Below, one piece after another: positions 1-9,640 of a DNA stretch of 64,000 bases. Below the pieces are notes generated by a model, which saw only the letters and a program-made list of their open reading frames with translations, ran no database searches and was not told the DNA's origin. The translations under genes were made by a program, and so were the position numbers. The number at the start of each line of letters is the position of its first letter. The stretch's first letter is position 1. Source of the DNA: Chloroflexota bacterium. Its GTDB lineage: Bacteria > Chloroflexota > UBA11872. The DNA lies in contig CBDAOU010000002.1 of the NCBI GenBank assembly GCA_965198185.1, positions 1,986,904-2,050,903 of the forward strand, written 5' to 3'.

Positions 1-15
1 AGCGACTTAGCTGTT

Positions 16-2301
16 GTGACGGTGGACGAGGCCGACGCCGACACCGGCGAACTGACCCTGACGTTCACCATGGCCGAGATGACGGACGAGGCCGACACCT
101 TCGGGTGGGGCGAGCCGCAGACCGTCACGGTGACTGCTCTCGAGGACGGCGACACCGATGACGGCAGCGCTTCGCTCTCCGTCATGGTGTCCTCAATGGA
201 CGACACTTACGACGGGCGGAGCGCGACGGTGCCGGTGTTCGTGAGCGACAAGGATCCGTTGCTAGTTCCGGTTGTAGGCCCAGGTCTAACGATCAGCCAG
301 CCTGAGCCCGTGCCCGAAGGCGGGAGCGGTCAGTTCACGATCTTCCTGAATGCGGCGCCCGAGGCCGACGTGACCATCGACATCAGCAGCGGCGACGCCG
401 CGGTGACGGTGGCGCCGACGAGCCTGACGTTCACGGCGGACGACTTCGGCACGGCGCAAGCCGTGATGGTGATGGCTGCCGAGGACGATGACACCGAGCA
501 CGTCACGGCTTCGCTGACCTTGGCGGTGACCTCGACGGATACCCGTTACAGCGGGCTGACCTCGACCGTGGTGGTCCTTGTCGCCAACAACGATGCGGTG
601 GAGGTGGATCGGCCAGTTCCGGTTGTAGGCCCAGGTCTAACGATCAGCCAGCCTGAGCCCGTGCCCGAAGGCGGGAGCGGTCAGTTCACGATCTTCCTGA
701 ATGCGGCGCCCGAGGCCGACGTGACCATCGACATCAGCAGCGGCAACGCCGCGGTGACGGTGGCGCCGACGAGCCTGACGTTCACGGCGGACGACTTCGC
801 CACGGTGCAAACCGTGATGGTGATGGCTGCCGAGGACGATGACACTGACCACCTCCAGGCTTTGCTGAGCTTCGCGGTGACCTCGACGGATACCGATTAC
901 AGCGGGCTGACCTCGACCGTGGTGGTCCTTGTCGCCAACAACGATGCGGTGGAGGTGGATCGGCCAGTTCCGGTTGTAGGCCCAGGTCTAACGATCAGCC
1001 AGCCTGAGCCCGTGCCCGAAGGCGGGAGCGGTCAGTTCACGATCTTCCTGAATGCGGCGCCCGAGGCCGACGTGACCATCGACATCAGCAGCGGCAACGC
1101 CGCGGTGACGGTGGCGCCGACGAGCCTGACGTTCACGGCGGACGACTTCGCCACGGCGCAAGCCGTGATGGTGATGGCTGCCGAGGACGATGACACCGAG
1201 CACGTCACGGCTTCGCTGACCTTGGCGGTGACCTCGACGGATACCGATTACAGCGGGCTGGCCTCGACCGTGGTGGTCCTTGTCGCCAACAACGATGCGG
1301 TGGAGGTGGATCGGCCAGTTCCGGTTCCAGCCGCAGGTCTAACGATCAGCCAGCCTGAGCCCGTGCCCGAAGGCGGGAGCGGTCAGTTCACGATCTTCCT
1401 GAATGCGGCGCCCGAGGCCGACGTGACCATCGACATCAGCAGCGGCGACGCCGCGGTGACGGTGGCGCCGATGAGCCTGACGTTCACGGCGGACGACTTC
1501 GCCACGGCGCAAACCGTGATGGTGATGGCTGCCGAGGACGATGACACTGACCACCTCCAGGCTTCGCTGAGCTTCGCGGTGACCTCGACGGATACCGCTT
1601 ACAGCGGGCTGACCGCGACCGTGGTGGTCCTTGTCGCCGACAACGATCCCGTGGTCGAGGAAGTCGAGGTCGCAGGTCCGACGGTTACGGTCACCAGAAC
1701 GGTCACCCGGACCGTGACGGCGCCGGCACCGCCGGCACCGCCGGCACCGCCGGCACCGATGGCGCCGATGGATGGCGTGATTGGCAACACGGCTTCGGCC
1801 ACGGCCACCTTGGTGGACGGGCGCGTGGTGGTGACTCGCCACGACGGCGGGGCCTCGCTGGTGGTCAACATTGGTGGATTCATCCGCGACGAGTCGCTGG
1901 GCCAGACCTACCAGGTCGTGCGCCGAATGGACGGCATGATCGTGCGGCAGTGGGTGGCACCGGGCAGCCCGCTGGTCTACCAGATCCCGTGGGCCGTGGT
2001 GAACAGCCAGTTCAGCGTCCCGGTGGGTGTGGTTGGCGCGATCCCGTTGGACGACCAGTCAGGCGCGCCCGGTCAGCTGGTGCGGCGCTTTGACGGCGGC
2101 GACGACCGGATCTTCAGCTACGACGGTATGGGTGGCTGGCGGCATGTGCCGGACATCCCGACCTTCCAAGCTCTGGGTCTCTACTGGTGCGACGTGACGG
2201 CGGCTGACGCGGGCTTCTTTGACCGCATCACCATCGGCGCGCCGCACCCGGCGACCGACCAGCCCGCCAGGAGCGACTACCCCAGTTGCTCCACCGGGTA
2301 A
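16..2301 (+). CDS. Large secreted/surface repeat protein, 5'-partial. It has at least 4.7 tandem ~117-aa Calx-beta-like repeats, a PAPPAPPAPPAP linker and a C-terminal domain of unknown function.
   Basis: Long ORF open at the window start. The 117-aa unit (VPVVGPGLTISQPEPVPEGGSGQFTIFLNAAPEADVTIDISSG...AEDDDTEH...VVVLVANND) repeats almost identically. The acidic DDD/E motif pattern resembles Calx-beta. The antisense 71-aa ORFs at 286, 637 and 988 are repeat echoes. Confidence 0.8.
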   Translation: MTVDEADADTGELTLTFTMAEMTDEADTFGWGEPQTVTVTALEDGDTDDGSASLSVMVSSMDDTYDGRSATVPVFVSDKDPLLVPVVGPGLTISQPEPVPEGGSGQFTIFLNAAPEADVTIDISSGDAAVTVAPTSLTFTADDFGTAQAVMVMAAEDDDTEHVTASLTLAVTSTDTRYSGLTSTVVVLVANNDAVEVDRPVPVVGPGLTISQPEPVPEGGSGQFTIFLNAAPEADVTIDISSGNAAVTVAPTSLTFTADDFATVQTVMVMAAEDDDTDHLQALLSFAVTSTDTDYSGLTSTVVVLVANNDAVEVDRPVPVVGPGLTISQPEPVPEGGSGQFTIFLNAAPEADVTIDISSGNAAVTVAPTSLTFTADDFATAQAVMVMAAEDDDTEHVTASLTLAVTSTDTDYSGLASTVVVLVANNDAVEVDRPVPVPAAGLTISQPEPVPEGGSGQFTIFLNAAPEADVTIDISSGDAAVTVAPMSLTFTADDFATAQTVMVMAAEDDDTDHLQASLSFAVTSTDTAYSGLTATVVVLVADNDPVVEEVEVAGPTVTVTRTVTRTVTAPAPPAPPAPPAPMAPMDGVIGNTASATATLVDGRVVVTRHDGGASLVVNIGGFIRDESLGQTYQVVRRMDGMIVRQWVAPGSPLVYQIPWAVVNSQFSVPVGVVGAIPLDDQSGAPGQLVRRFDGGDDRIFSYDGMGGWRHVPDIPTFQALGLYWCDVTAADAGFFDRITIGAPHPATDQPARSDYPSCSTG
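265..1668. repeat. Near-identical 351-bp tandem repeat, 4 full copies, with an additional diverged partial copy upstream extending to the window start. It lies inside the surface-protein gene.
   Basis: The seed GTTCCGGTTGTAGGCCCAGGTCTAACGATCAGCCAG recurs at 265, 616 and 967, with a variant at 1318. Period is 351 bp. Copies differ by only a few substitutions. Confidence 0.9.
1722..1757. repeat. 9-bp microsatellite (GCCGGCACC)x4 encoding the PAPPAPPAPPAP linker.
   Basis: Direct reading of gccggcacc x4. Confidence 0.85.
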
Positions 2302-2341
2302 CTTGAGGTAGTCCGCTCCCAGCGGACACGGCGCAAGTCAA

Positions 2342-2378
2342 CCGGTGCGCTGGCTCCCGAAAGGGGCCAGCGCACCGG
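2342..2378 (+). terminator. Strong GC hairpin downstream of the repeat-protein gene. Probably an intrinsic terminator lacking a U-tract, as is common in high-GC genomes.
   Basis: CCGGTGCGCTGGC, an 11-nt loop, then GCCAGCGCACCGG: a perfect 13-bp stem 41 nt after the stop codon. Confidence 0.55.
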
Positions 2379-2529
2379 GCGCTTAATCCCCGCGCCTTGG
2401 GCATCGGCCAGCACTACGCGCCGGAAGTCCGTCCCGAGACGTCGCGCACGCGTAAACGCGCGACAATGCCCGCGTCAGCGACGACCGCGCCGGTCGGACT
2501 CTTGATCCCACGGGCGCAGGAGAAGGACC

Positions 2530-4137
2530 GTGTTGCTACTCGAACGACGCACATTCGGCGAATCCATCAACGCGGTGGCGCTGCTGCCCGACGGCCGCCT
2601 CTGCAGCTGGAACACCGAAGGCCCCGGCTTCTACATCGCGCTCGAGAAAGGCATCTTCGACGACCCGTGGGCGCGGCAGCATCTCACCGTTCGCTACGGG
2701 TCCTACGCCGAGGGCAAGGTCACTTGGGACGCGCCGCAGCGCGTCATGGAGCTCCCGATTGGCTTCGGCTATTGGGGCGGCGGCCCGATGCTCGTGGATC
2801 GCGACGGCGCCATCCACCTCTTCGGCATGCGCGTCCTGATATGGCCCGAGGACATCGAGCGTCCCGGCCGCGACGAGCTGCGCTGCGACGTCTATCACAT
2901 CGTTTCCCGCGACGGCGGCGCCAGCTGGGAAGGACCGCAGCGCATCGACTACGGCCACCCATATACCGGCGCGTTGCGCCAGGCGGCTCAAATCGACAGC
3001 GGCCGGATATTGCTGCCGCTGGAGTACTACGACTGGGACCAGACGGAGGGCATGTATTGCTGCAAGACCTGCTATTCCGACGATGGCGGGCGCACCTGGC
3101 ACAACGACTCGACCGACCTGCACGTGGCCTCGGGGGGACGGCACAGCCACTCCGGCGCCAACGAGCCCACGCTGACCCAACTGGGCGACGGGCGCATCTA
3201 CAAGATCATCCGCACCCCGGGCCGCTGGCAGTACGAGTCGTACTCGGACGATGGCCGGACCTGGTCGGAGCCGCGGCGCAGCCGGTTCAAATCGGCCAAT
3301 TCTCCGGGCTACCTTTTGCGCCTGCGCGACGGACGCCTGCTGTTTACCTGGAACAACACCCAGGGGCCGCCGTTCGGCGGCGAGCACAAGGAGGTCTACT
3401 CCGCGCGGCATGTGGTCAACGCCGCGGTCTCGCACGACGACGGTCGAACGTGGCATGGCTACCGGGAGTACGCCCGCCAAGCCCTGCCCGAGCTGATCAA
3501 TGATCAGGTCAGCTACCCGCGCATGCTGGAGCTGCCGGACGGTCGCGTGCTGATGATGTTCAACCACATCACCGACGCCTGGATGCACGTGGTTTTGGAC
3601 TACGTGATCCTGGATCCCGACCGGCTGGACCAAACCGAGGACCACGACGACTTCGAGCACGGCCTGGATGGGTGGTCGACAAACGGCACCGCGGGCGCGT
3701 CAGTGGTCGATGCGGACGGCGGGCGAGTGCTGCGTCTGCGTCACACCGGCGACCTGCCGCTGGGCGCCGAGCGCAACTTTCCCATCGGGGCCCGCGGCGC
3801 GCTGTCGTTCGAAATCCGCCGCGACGAGGGGTCCGCGGGTATCGATGTCGTCCTCGACGAGACCTTCTGGCGCCCGGACGACCGGCGTCCCGATGCCGCC
3901 GTCGAGCTCGCGCTGGACGCGGAGACGCTGCCAGCCGGCGCCTGGACGCCAGTGACCATTCGCTGGGACATCGCAGCAGGAACAGCGACAGCGTCGGTGG
4001 GCGAAACCGAGCGGGCGGTTCCCATCCGGGATGGGCGTTTGGGCCTGAGCTACCTCACGCTGCACGGGCGGGCCGACGCAGCCGAACGCGGCGCGACCGA
4101 CGTGCGCCGGCTGCGGGTGCAGGTGGAGAACGCCTGA
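2530..4137 (+). CDS. BNR/Asp-box repeat glycoside hydrolase (sialidase-like beta-propeller) with a C-terminal lectin/ConA-like domain.
   Basis: Four S-x-D-x-G-x-(T/S)-W Asp-box motifs: SRDGGASW, SDDGGRTW, SDDGRTW and SHDDGRTW. GTG start follows the SD sequence GGAGAAGG. Confidence 0.75.
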   Translation: MLLLERRTFGESINAVALLPDGRLCSWNTEGPGFYIALEKGIFDDPWARQHLTVRYGSYAEGKVTWDAPQRVMELPIGFGYWGGGPMLVDRDGAIHLFGMRVLIWPEDIERPGRDELRCDVYHIVSRDGGASWEGPQRIDYGHPYTGALRQAAQIDSGRILLPLEYYDWDQTEGMYCCKTCYSDDGGRTWHNDSTDLHVASGGRHSHSGANEPTLTQLGDGRIYKIIRTPGRWQYESYSDDGRTWSEPRRSRFKSANSPGYLLRLRDGRLLFTWNNTQGPPFGGEHKEVYSARHVVNAAVSHDDGRTWHGYREYARQALPELINDQVSYPRMLELPDGRVLMMFNHITDAWMHVVLDYVILDPDRLDQTEDHDDFEHGLDGWSTNGTAGASVVDADGGRVLRLRHTGDLPLGAERNFPIGARGALSFEIRRDEGSAGIDVVLDETFWRPDDRRPDAAVELALDAETLPAGAWTPVTIRWDIAAGTATASVGETERAVPIRDGRLGLSYLTLHGRADAAERGATDVRRLRVQVENA

Positions 4138-4167
4138 AACATCCGTCGAGCTGCGAGTGCATTGCCG

Positions 4168-5136
4168 TCAGGCGATGGCGAGGTCGACCCAGAGCCCCCA
4201 GTGATCGGATGCGAACAGGTCGTCCACGCGATGCCGGGTGCCGAAGCGTCCGGTGTCGGCGATGCGGAGTGACGCGCCATGGGGGCTGTGGAAGAGCGCG
4301 TGGTCGACGCGTATTGGCCGTTCTTCAGGGGCGCGAAGCCGCTCGGTGCTCCCCGAGTCCAGCATCGCCCGGTTGAACATGGCATTGCTTGTTGGATGCG
4401 TGGGCGGCGCCAGGGACAGCGAAGGCGCCGATTCAAGATTGGCGGCCTGCATGAGGTGGCGCAGACCCGGACTGCCGGGCCGCAGGTTCAAATCGCCGAT
4501 GAGCAACAGCAGATTGGACTCGCCCGCCAGCGAGGCCAGCACCTGGGCCAGCAAATGGACGGCAACATCCTGGGCGGCGGGCAACCGCGACCCTGGCAGG
4601 TGCGTCGTTGCCACCGTGGCGCGGAATTCACCGATCCTCCACTGTGTCGTTAGCAGCCATGGCTCGTGAAAGCCAAGGTCGGCGACAGAGTCGCGGTCGG
4701 CGAGCCGCACTCGCGTTGTATTGGCCGGCGGAACGCGCGCCAGCAGGGCCGGTCCCATCCGCGCGGTGGGGTGCGACGTTGGCGCGTCGATCCACTCGAC
4801 GAGGGGGATGCCCGTGTCGCCCGCAACCTGCTCGGGCGTGGACTGGCCGGCCTCCCACGGACGACGGGCCGCGCGAGCCTCGTGGAGGAAGACGACATCC
4901 GGCGCGAGGTCGGCAAGCTCCGCGGCAACGAGCGGGCGTCGGCGCTCCCACTCCCACGAATAGCCAAAGATGTTCCACATCGCGATGCGCAGTTTTGGCC
5001 GCGGATGATTCGGAGGGCGGCGCGCCGCGCTCGGAGCCGTCACGAATACCAGCCTGTCGAGAGTGTCCCGGACACCGTCGAGGTCCGGGATTGCAATAGT
5101 CGGAAGTAGAGCTTCCCATCGTGCCGCACGCCGCAC
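4168..5136 (-). CDS. Endonuclease/exonuclease/phosphatase (EEP) family protein.
   Basis: The motif IAMWNI...VVFLHEA and the C-terminal SDHWGLWVDL are typical of the EEP fold. Confidence 0.7.
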   Translation of the reverse strand: MRRAARWEALLPTIAIPDLDGVRDTLDRLVFVTAPSAARRPPNHPRPKLRIAMWNIFGYSWEWERRRPLVAAELADLAPDVVFLHEARAARRPWEAGQSTPEQVAGDTGIPLVEWIDAPTSHPTARMGPALLARVPPANTTRVRLADRDSVADLGFHEPWLLTTQWRIGEFRATVATTHLPGSRLPAAQDVAVHLLAQVLASLAGESNLLLLIGDLNLRPGSPGLRHLMQAANLESAPSLSLAPPTHPTSNAMFNRAMLDSGSTERLRAPEERPIRVDHALFHSPHGASLRIADTGRFGTRHRVDDLFASDHWGLWVDLAIA

Positions 5137-5172
5137 GGCCTGGGTCGATGCGGAGGGACGGGCGACGCTTGG

Positions 5173-6300
5173 CTAGGCCACCACCACGAGATGCGGCGGC
5201 GCCCAAATGCGCCACCCGGAGGGCGTGGGATCGAGGCCGAAGATCTGGCGCGGGGTCATGACCGGCGTGTCCGAAAACCGGGGCGCGTGCCGGTTGTGCT
5301 GGAAGATCTTGATGCCGCGCCACTCGAGCTGCGGGTACGCCGTGGGATCGGTGATGGCGTTGTACTTGTGCACCTTCGCGTTGGGGGTGCCAAACCCATC
5401 GGCGTCGAAGACCAACTCGACCTCCGGGTAGATCTCGATGTCTTGCTTGTTGGGAACCATTGACCAGGAGTCGGAGATGTCGTCGACGAACTGATGCACG
5501 ATGAGCACTTTCTTGTGCGACAGGCCCTCCTCGCGCACGTAGGCGGCCAGGGCGGCCTGGGCCTGGTTGATGCTGGCGGCGGAGAGCGTGCCGATCGGCT
5601 TGCCGGGCATGTCCTGGTCCGGCGCGGTGGCGAACTCAGGGTCCAGCGCGATATGCACGTTGGGATAGGCCAGATAGCCGGCGTCGATCATCCGCTGCAC
5701 GAAATAGGTCGGCTGCAGGCGGCCGATCTGAGTGTCGAGGATCACGGCCATGTCGCGGTCCGCGGCCGGCTTGATGTAGTCCTCGATCAAGTCCACGCCA
5801 GAGGCGTCCAAGAAGATCACGCAGGAGTCGTCCGCGCTTTGGCAGGGCGTCGCCAGCCCGTAGATCAGATGCGGCGCCACCATGACGGGCGCCTCGCCGA
5901 GATCCGACATGGCGCTGGTCCACGGCGCGACGCTGCGTTCCAGCTCATCAAATGAACTCAGCGCCCCGAGCATCCCGAGCACCGGGGCCACGCCGAAACT
6001 GCGGCCGTAGACCGTGAGTACCTGGTAGGACTGCAGAACCGATTGGGGTCCTGTGGCCGCAGAAGGATCCGACCACCACTCGCACTCGGTCGGTTCAAGG
6101 TCGGCAGCCTCGCAGATGCGGTCGAGTATCGACGCCGCTGGCCGAGATCTTTCCGACTCGGCGGGAGGGCTAGGGCTGGCTGACGCGCCGTAGGGCTCAG
6201 TCGGAGCCGATGCGGCGGCAACCCTCCCCAAGAGTGTGCCTGCCGCGCCTCCCGACAGCAGCCCCAGGCCGTGCCTGAGGAACGACCGTCGCCCGTACAT
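5173..6300 (-). CDS. Secreted hypothetical protein with a Tat/Sec-type signal (RRSFLRHGLGLL...). Possibly a hydrolase.
   Basis: Long ORF with a twin-arginine signal and good codon structure. No motif recognised. Confidence 0.55.
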   Translation of the reverse strand: MYGRRSFLRHGLGLLSGGAAGTLLGRVAAASAPTEPYGASASPSPPAESERSRPAASILDRICEAADLEPTECEWWSDPSAATGPQSVLQSYQVLTVYGRSFGVAPVLGMLGALSSFDELERSVAPWTSAMSDLGEAPVMVAPHLIYGLATPCQSADDSCVIFLDASGVDLIEDYIKPAADRDMAVILDTQIGRLQPTYFVQRMIDAGYLAYPNVHIALDPEFATAPDQDMPGKPIGTLSAASINQAQAALAAYVREEGLSHKKVLIVHQFVDDISDSWSMVPNKQDIEIYPEVELVFDADGFGTPNAKVHKYNAITDPTAYPQLEWRGIKIFQHNRHAPRFSDTPVMTPRQIFGLDPTPSGWRIWAPPHLVVVA

Positions 6301-6518
6301 TCCTCAGAGCAAGCCTAACATAACGGGTACAACATCTAGAAGAATGCCAGGATGCTACCCCACATATGGTAGAGACAGGCACTCTCCTTAGGTCCACTGC
6401 GCTCGTTTCCGCAGCGACATGCACAGTGGCGCCGTCTCGGGGCCGGCTAGCGATATCGCCCAAGCGGGGCGTGCGAAACCGTCAATCGCGGCAGGAGATG
6501 TCGCGCATCGACCGGCGT

Positions 6519-9320
6519 CTAGGCCTGCGCGCTGGTCAGTGAGCGGGACTGGCGGCTTGGTTGTTGCTCCAACACCTCAATCTTGCAGGCGCAGATTTTG
6601 TATTCGGGGATCTTGGAGATCGGGTCCAGGGCGTTGATGGTGAGCAAGTTGGCGGCGGCCTCGACAAAGTGCCAGCCCATGTAGACGGTGCCGGGCGGAA
6701 CGCGGCGAGTGATCCAGGCGCGGGCCTCGAGGCTGCCGCGGCGGCTGCTGACGCGCACCAGGCCGCTCTTGGGGATGCCCAGCCGGTCGGCGTCCTCCGG
6801 CGACACCTCGACCAGCGGCTCGGGATAGGCATCGTCCAGGCGCGAGCGGCGACTGACCGAGCCGGTGTGCCAGTGGTAGAGCACCCGCCCGGTGTTGAAG
6901 ATGAACGGATATTCCGCGTCGGGGATTTCCACATTCTCGGTCCAGTCGATAGACGTCATGGTGGCCTTGCCGTCGCCGGTGGGGAAGCGGTCGCCGAAGA
7001 GCCACAGCGCGCCGGGGTCGGCGTCATCCAGGCACGGCCAACGGAGCCCCCCCTCACGGTCGAGGCGCTCGTGGCTCAGTCCGGCGTGGCTGGGCGTGAG
7101 GCGGGCAATTTCTTCAAAGATCTCCGCCGGAGTATCGAGTCTCGGGTCGTAGCCCATGCGCCGCGAGAGGTCCAGGACGATTTCCCAGTCCTGCCGCGCT
7201 TCACCCGGCGGGTCGAGGATGGGTCGAACCCGCTGCACGCGCCGATCGGTGTTGGTGAAGGTGCCGTCCTTCTCGGCCCAACTGGCGGCGGGCAGCACGA
7301 CGTCGGCGATCTCGGCCGTCTCCGTCATGAAGATGTCTTGCACCGCCAGAAAGTCGATGTGGTTGAAGTGCTCGCGGGCCGCGTTGAGGTCCGGGTCGGA
7401 CATCAGTGGGTTTTCGCCCATGATGAACATGGCCCGCAGGTCTCTACGCCCGACGGCATCGGCGATCTCCATGGTCGTCAGGCCCTTGACCGGAGGCAGC
7501 GCGACGCCCCAGGCTCTCTCGAACACCCCACGAACCCCTGCATCCTCGACCGAGCGGTAGTCGGTGAAATACATCGGAATCGCGCCCACGTCGCTGGTGC
7601 CTTGGACGTTGTTCTGCCCGCGCAGAGGATTGAGGCCCGTGCCGCGCCGCCCCACGTTGCCGGTGGCCAGGCAGAGGTTGATGAGCGTGAGGCAGGCGTC
7701 GGTGCCGTGGGTTTGCTCGGAAATGCCGACGCCCCAGTAGAAGGCCGTCTTGCCGGCCTCGCCGATGATGTGGGCGGCGCGCTCGATGTCAGCCGCCGGA
7801 ATGCCGGTGAGCGCCTGCTGCCGCTCGGGCGTCCAGGCGCGCACCGACTCGGCCACGGCCTCGAAGTTGTTCACCCGCGCGGATACGAACTCCTCGTCCA
7901 CCAGTCCGTCGCGGATCACCACGTGCAGCAGGGCGTTGTACATGGGCACGTCGGTGCCAGTGCGGAACTGCAGGTGCACGTCGGCCCAGCGGGTGAGCTC
8001 GATGGCGCGCGGGTCGGCCACGATCAGCTGGGCTCCGTCCCGCACGGCGGCCTTCATCTTGAGGGCCGTGATGGGGTGGGTTTCGGTGGTGTTCGAGCCG
8101 GTGACGAAGATCACGTCGTTCTCGGCGATCTCGTCGAGCGAATTGGTGAAGGCGCCGGTCCCGAGGGAAATGTCGAGCGCCGCGACGGATGAGGCGTGGC
8201 AGAGCCGGGTGCAGTTGTCGATGTTGTTGGTTTGCAGCGCCGCGCGCGTGAACTTCTGCAGCAGGTAGTTCTCCTCGTTGGTGCACTTGGACGACGCATA
8301 GACCGCCACCGCGTCGGTTCCATGCGTGTCGCGGTGGTGCGCCAGCCGCTGCGCCGTCAGGTCGAGCGCCTCGTCCCAACTCGCGCGCCGCCAGCGACCC
8401 TCGCCACGCGCGCCGACGCGGATGAGGGGGTGCGTGAGGCGGTCCTCGTGCTGCGCGTAGTCCCAGCCGTAGCGGCCCTTGACGCACAGCCAGCCCTGGT
8501 TGACCGGGTGATCGTCGGGCGAGTCCACGTGGGTGATGGCGCCGTCGCGGACGTGCGCGGTGAGGCCGCAGCCGACGCCGCAGAATGAGCAGGTGGTCTC
8601 GACGACGCGGTCGTCGGTGAGCTGCCCGCGCTGCTCGGCTTCCCATTGGGCACGACCCTTGAGCGCGCCGCTGGGACACACCTGCACGCAGTTGCCGCAA
8701 TAGACGCAGGTGGTGTCCATCATGCCGTCGTACTCGGAGGTGCCCACGCGGACCTCGAATCCACGCTCCGCCGGCTCGATGGCAAAGGTGAACTGGACCT
8801 GATCGCCGCAGACATCCACGCAGCGCCAGCACATGACGCACTTGTTGTAGTCGCGGATGTAGTAGGAGTTGTCGACATAGATGGGAAAGGGCGCTCGCTC
8901 GGCGTCGGTGCCGGCCTCGACGCCATAGGCCGCACACAGATCCGCCAGATCGGGAGCTTCGCTCAAGTCGACACCGCCAAGGAGCAGGCGCAGCGACCCG
9001 CGGCGCGACGCGCGCACGTTGTGGCTGTTCGTGTAGACCACCTGGCCCGGCTCGGCCTTGGCGCGGCAGGACGGCAGCAGCTTGGACGCTTGGCGTTCGG
9101 GGGCGCCGGGCGAGGGTTCGGCGTCGGAGCCGTTGGGGCTGAGCGACTGTTCGACGACACACAGGCGGCAATTGGCCGACGCCGCGATGTTGGGGTGGAA
9201 GCAGAGCGTGGGCACGTCCAGGCCCGCCGCGCCTGCCGCGTCGAGCAGCGTCGCGCCCGACGGGACCGACACGGGTCGCCCATCGATCGTCAGGCTGATG
9301 TCGTCGGCCGCCACAGCCAT
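6519..9320 (-). CDS. fdhA: NAD-dependent formate dehydrogenase alpha subunit. It is a molybdopterin oxidoreductase with a NuoG-like N-terminus carrying 2Fe-2S and 4Fe-4S clusters.
   Basis: N-terminal 2Fe-2S ferredoxin-like region (LTIDGRPVSVPSGATLLDAAG...PTLCFHP) and CxxCxxC clusters. MopB motifs are present. Active-site CTRLCHASSVAAL carries Cys, not Sec. Start taken at MAVAADD. Confidence 0.8.
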   Translation of the reverse strand: MAVAADDISLTIDGRPVSVPSGATLLDAAGAAGLDVPTLCFHPNIAASANCRLCVVEQSLSPNGSDAEPSPGAPERQASKLLPSCRAKAEPGQVVYTNSHNVRASRRGSLRLLLGGVDLSEAPDLADLCAAYGVEAGTDAERAPFPIYVDNSYYIRDYNKCVMCWRCVDVCGDQVQFTFAIEPAERGFEVRVGTSEYDGMMDTTCVYCGNCVQVCPSGALKGRAQWEAEQRGQLTDDRVVETTCSFCGVGCGLTAHVRDGAITHVDSPDDHPVNQGWLCVKGRYGWDYAQHEDRLTHPLIRVGARGEGRWRRASWDEALDLTAQRLAHHRDTHGTDAVAVYASSKCTNEENYLLQKFTRAALQTNNIDNCTRLCHASSVAALDISLGTGAFTNSLDEIAENDVIFVTGSNTTETHPITALKMKAAVRDGAQLIVADPRAIELTRWADVHLQFRTGTDVPMYNALLHVVIRDGLVDEEFVSARVNNFEAVAESVRAWTPERQQALTGIPAADIERAAHIIGEAGKTAFYWGVGISEQTHGTDACLTLINLCLATGNVGRRGTGLNPLRGQNNVQGTSDVGAIPMYFTDYRSVEDAGVRGVFERAWGVALPPVKGLTTMEIADAVGRRDLRAMFIMGENPLMSDPDLNAAREHFNHIDFLAVQDIFMTETAEIADVVLPAASWAEKDGTFTNTDRRVQRVRPILDPPGEARQDWEIVLDLSRRMGYDPRLDTPAEIFEEIARLTPSHAGLSHERLDREGGLRWPCLDDADPGALWLFGDRFPTGDGKATMTSIDWTENVEIPDAEYPFIFNTGRVLYHWHTGSVSRRSRLDDAYPEPLVEVSPEDADRLGIPKSGLVRVSSRRGSLEARAWITRRVPPGTVYMGWHFVEAAANLLTINALDPISKIPEYKICACKIEVLEQQPSRQSRSLTSAQA

Positions 9321-9366
9321 TCCCCTCCACCCCTGTAACACCAGACTACGCCAGGAAAGGCGCCGG

Positions 9367-9561
9367 TCACTGCTTGTCGGGCGGCGGTCCTTCAGGCGGC
9401 TCCCGAAAGAGGAGGCGAAAGATATAGGCCAGCCAGGCCAGCGAAACCAAGATCACGGGCGGAACCAGGACCGCCAGCAGCAGGCCGGCGTCGACCGTCG
9501 CGCCGCCGGCGTCGGGCGCGCTGCCGGCCGGGCCGGCGCACGTGGCGCCCATCAGCGCCAT
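9367..9561 (-). CDS. Putative small membrane protein, about 64 aa with one or two TM segments.
   Basis: Hydrophobic C-terminus LLLAVLVPPVILVSLAWLAYIFRLLF. Start uncertain. Confidence 0.25.
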   Translation of the reverse strand: MALMGATCAGPAGSAPDAGGATVDAGLLLAVLVPPVILVSLAWLAYIFRLLFREPPEGPPPDKQ

Positions 9562-9640
9562 GAGCAGAAGCGTGGCAAGCGCGGCGGTTCGCAACCGGCC
9601 ACTCGCGGTGGATCCCCGCAGCCGGGAGGGACCTGACACG

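Noticed and set aside
286-1203. Three near-identical 71-aa minus-strand ORFs (286-501, 637-852, 988-1203) and the 167-aa ORF at 1339-1842.
   Set aside because: These are antisense echoes of the 351-bp tandem repeat inside the large plus-strand gene. They are His/Arg-rich nonsense.
2397-3503. 368-aa Arg-rich plus-strand ORF overlapping the BNR gene in another frame, and the 374-aa antisense ORF at 2536-3660.
   Set aside because: Low-complexity R/P/A composition typical of off-frame high-GC DNA. The BNR frame has clear Asp-box motifs.
6561-9338. Plus-strand ORFs of 543 aa, 172 aa and 230 aa, and the minus alternative frame at 7789-9330 (513 aa), all overlapping fdhA.
   Set aside because: These are antisense or off-frame to a strongly supported molybdopterin oxidoreductase. 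Their composition is Arg/Gly/Ala-rich.
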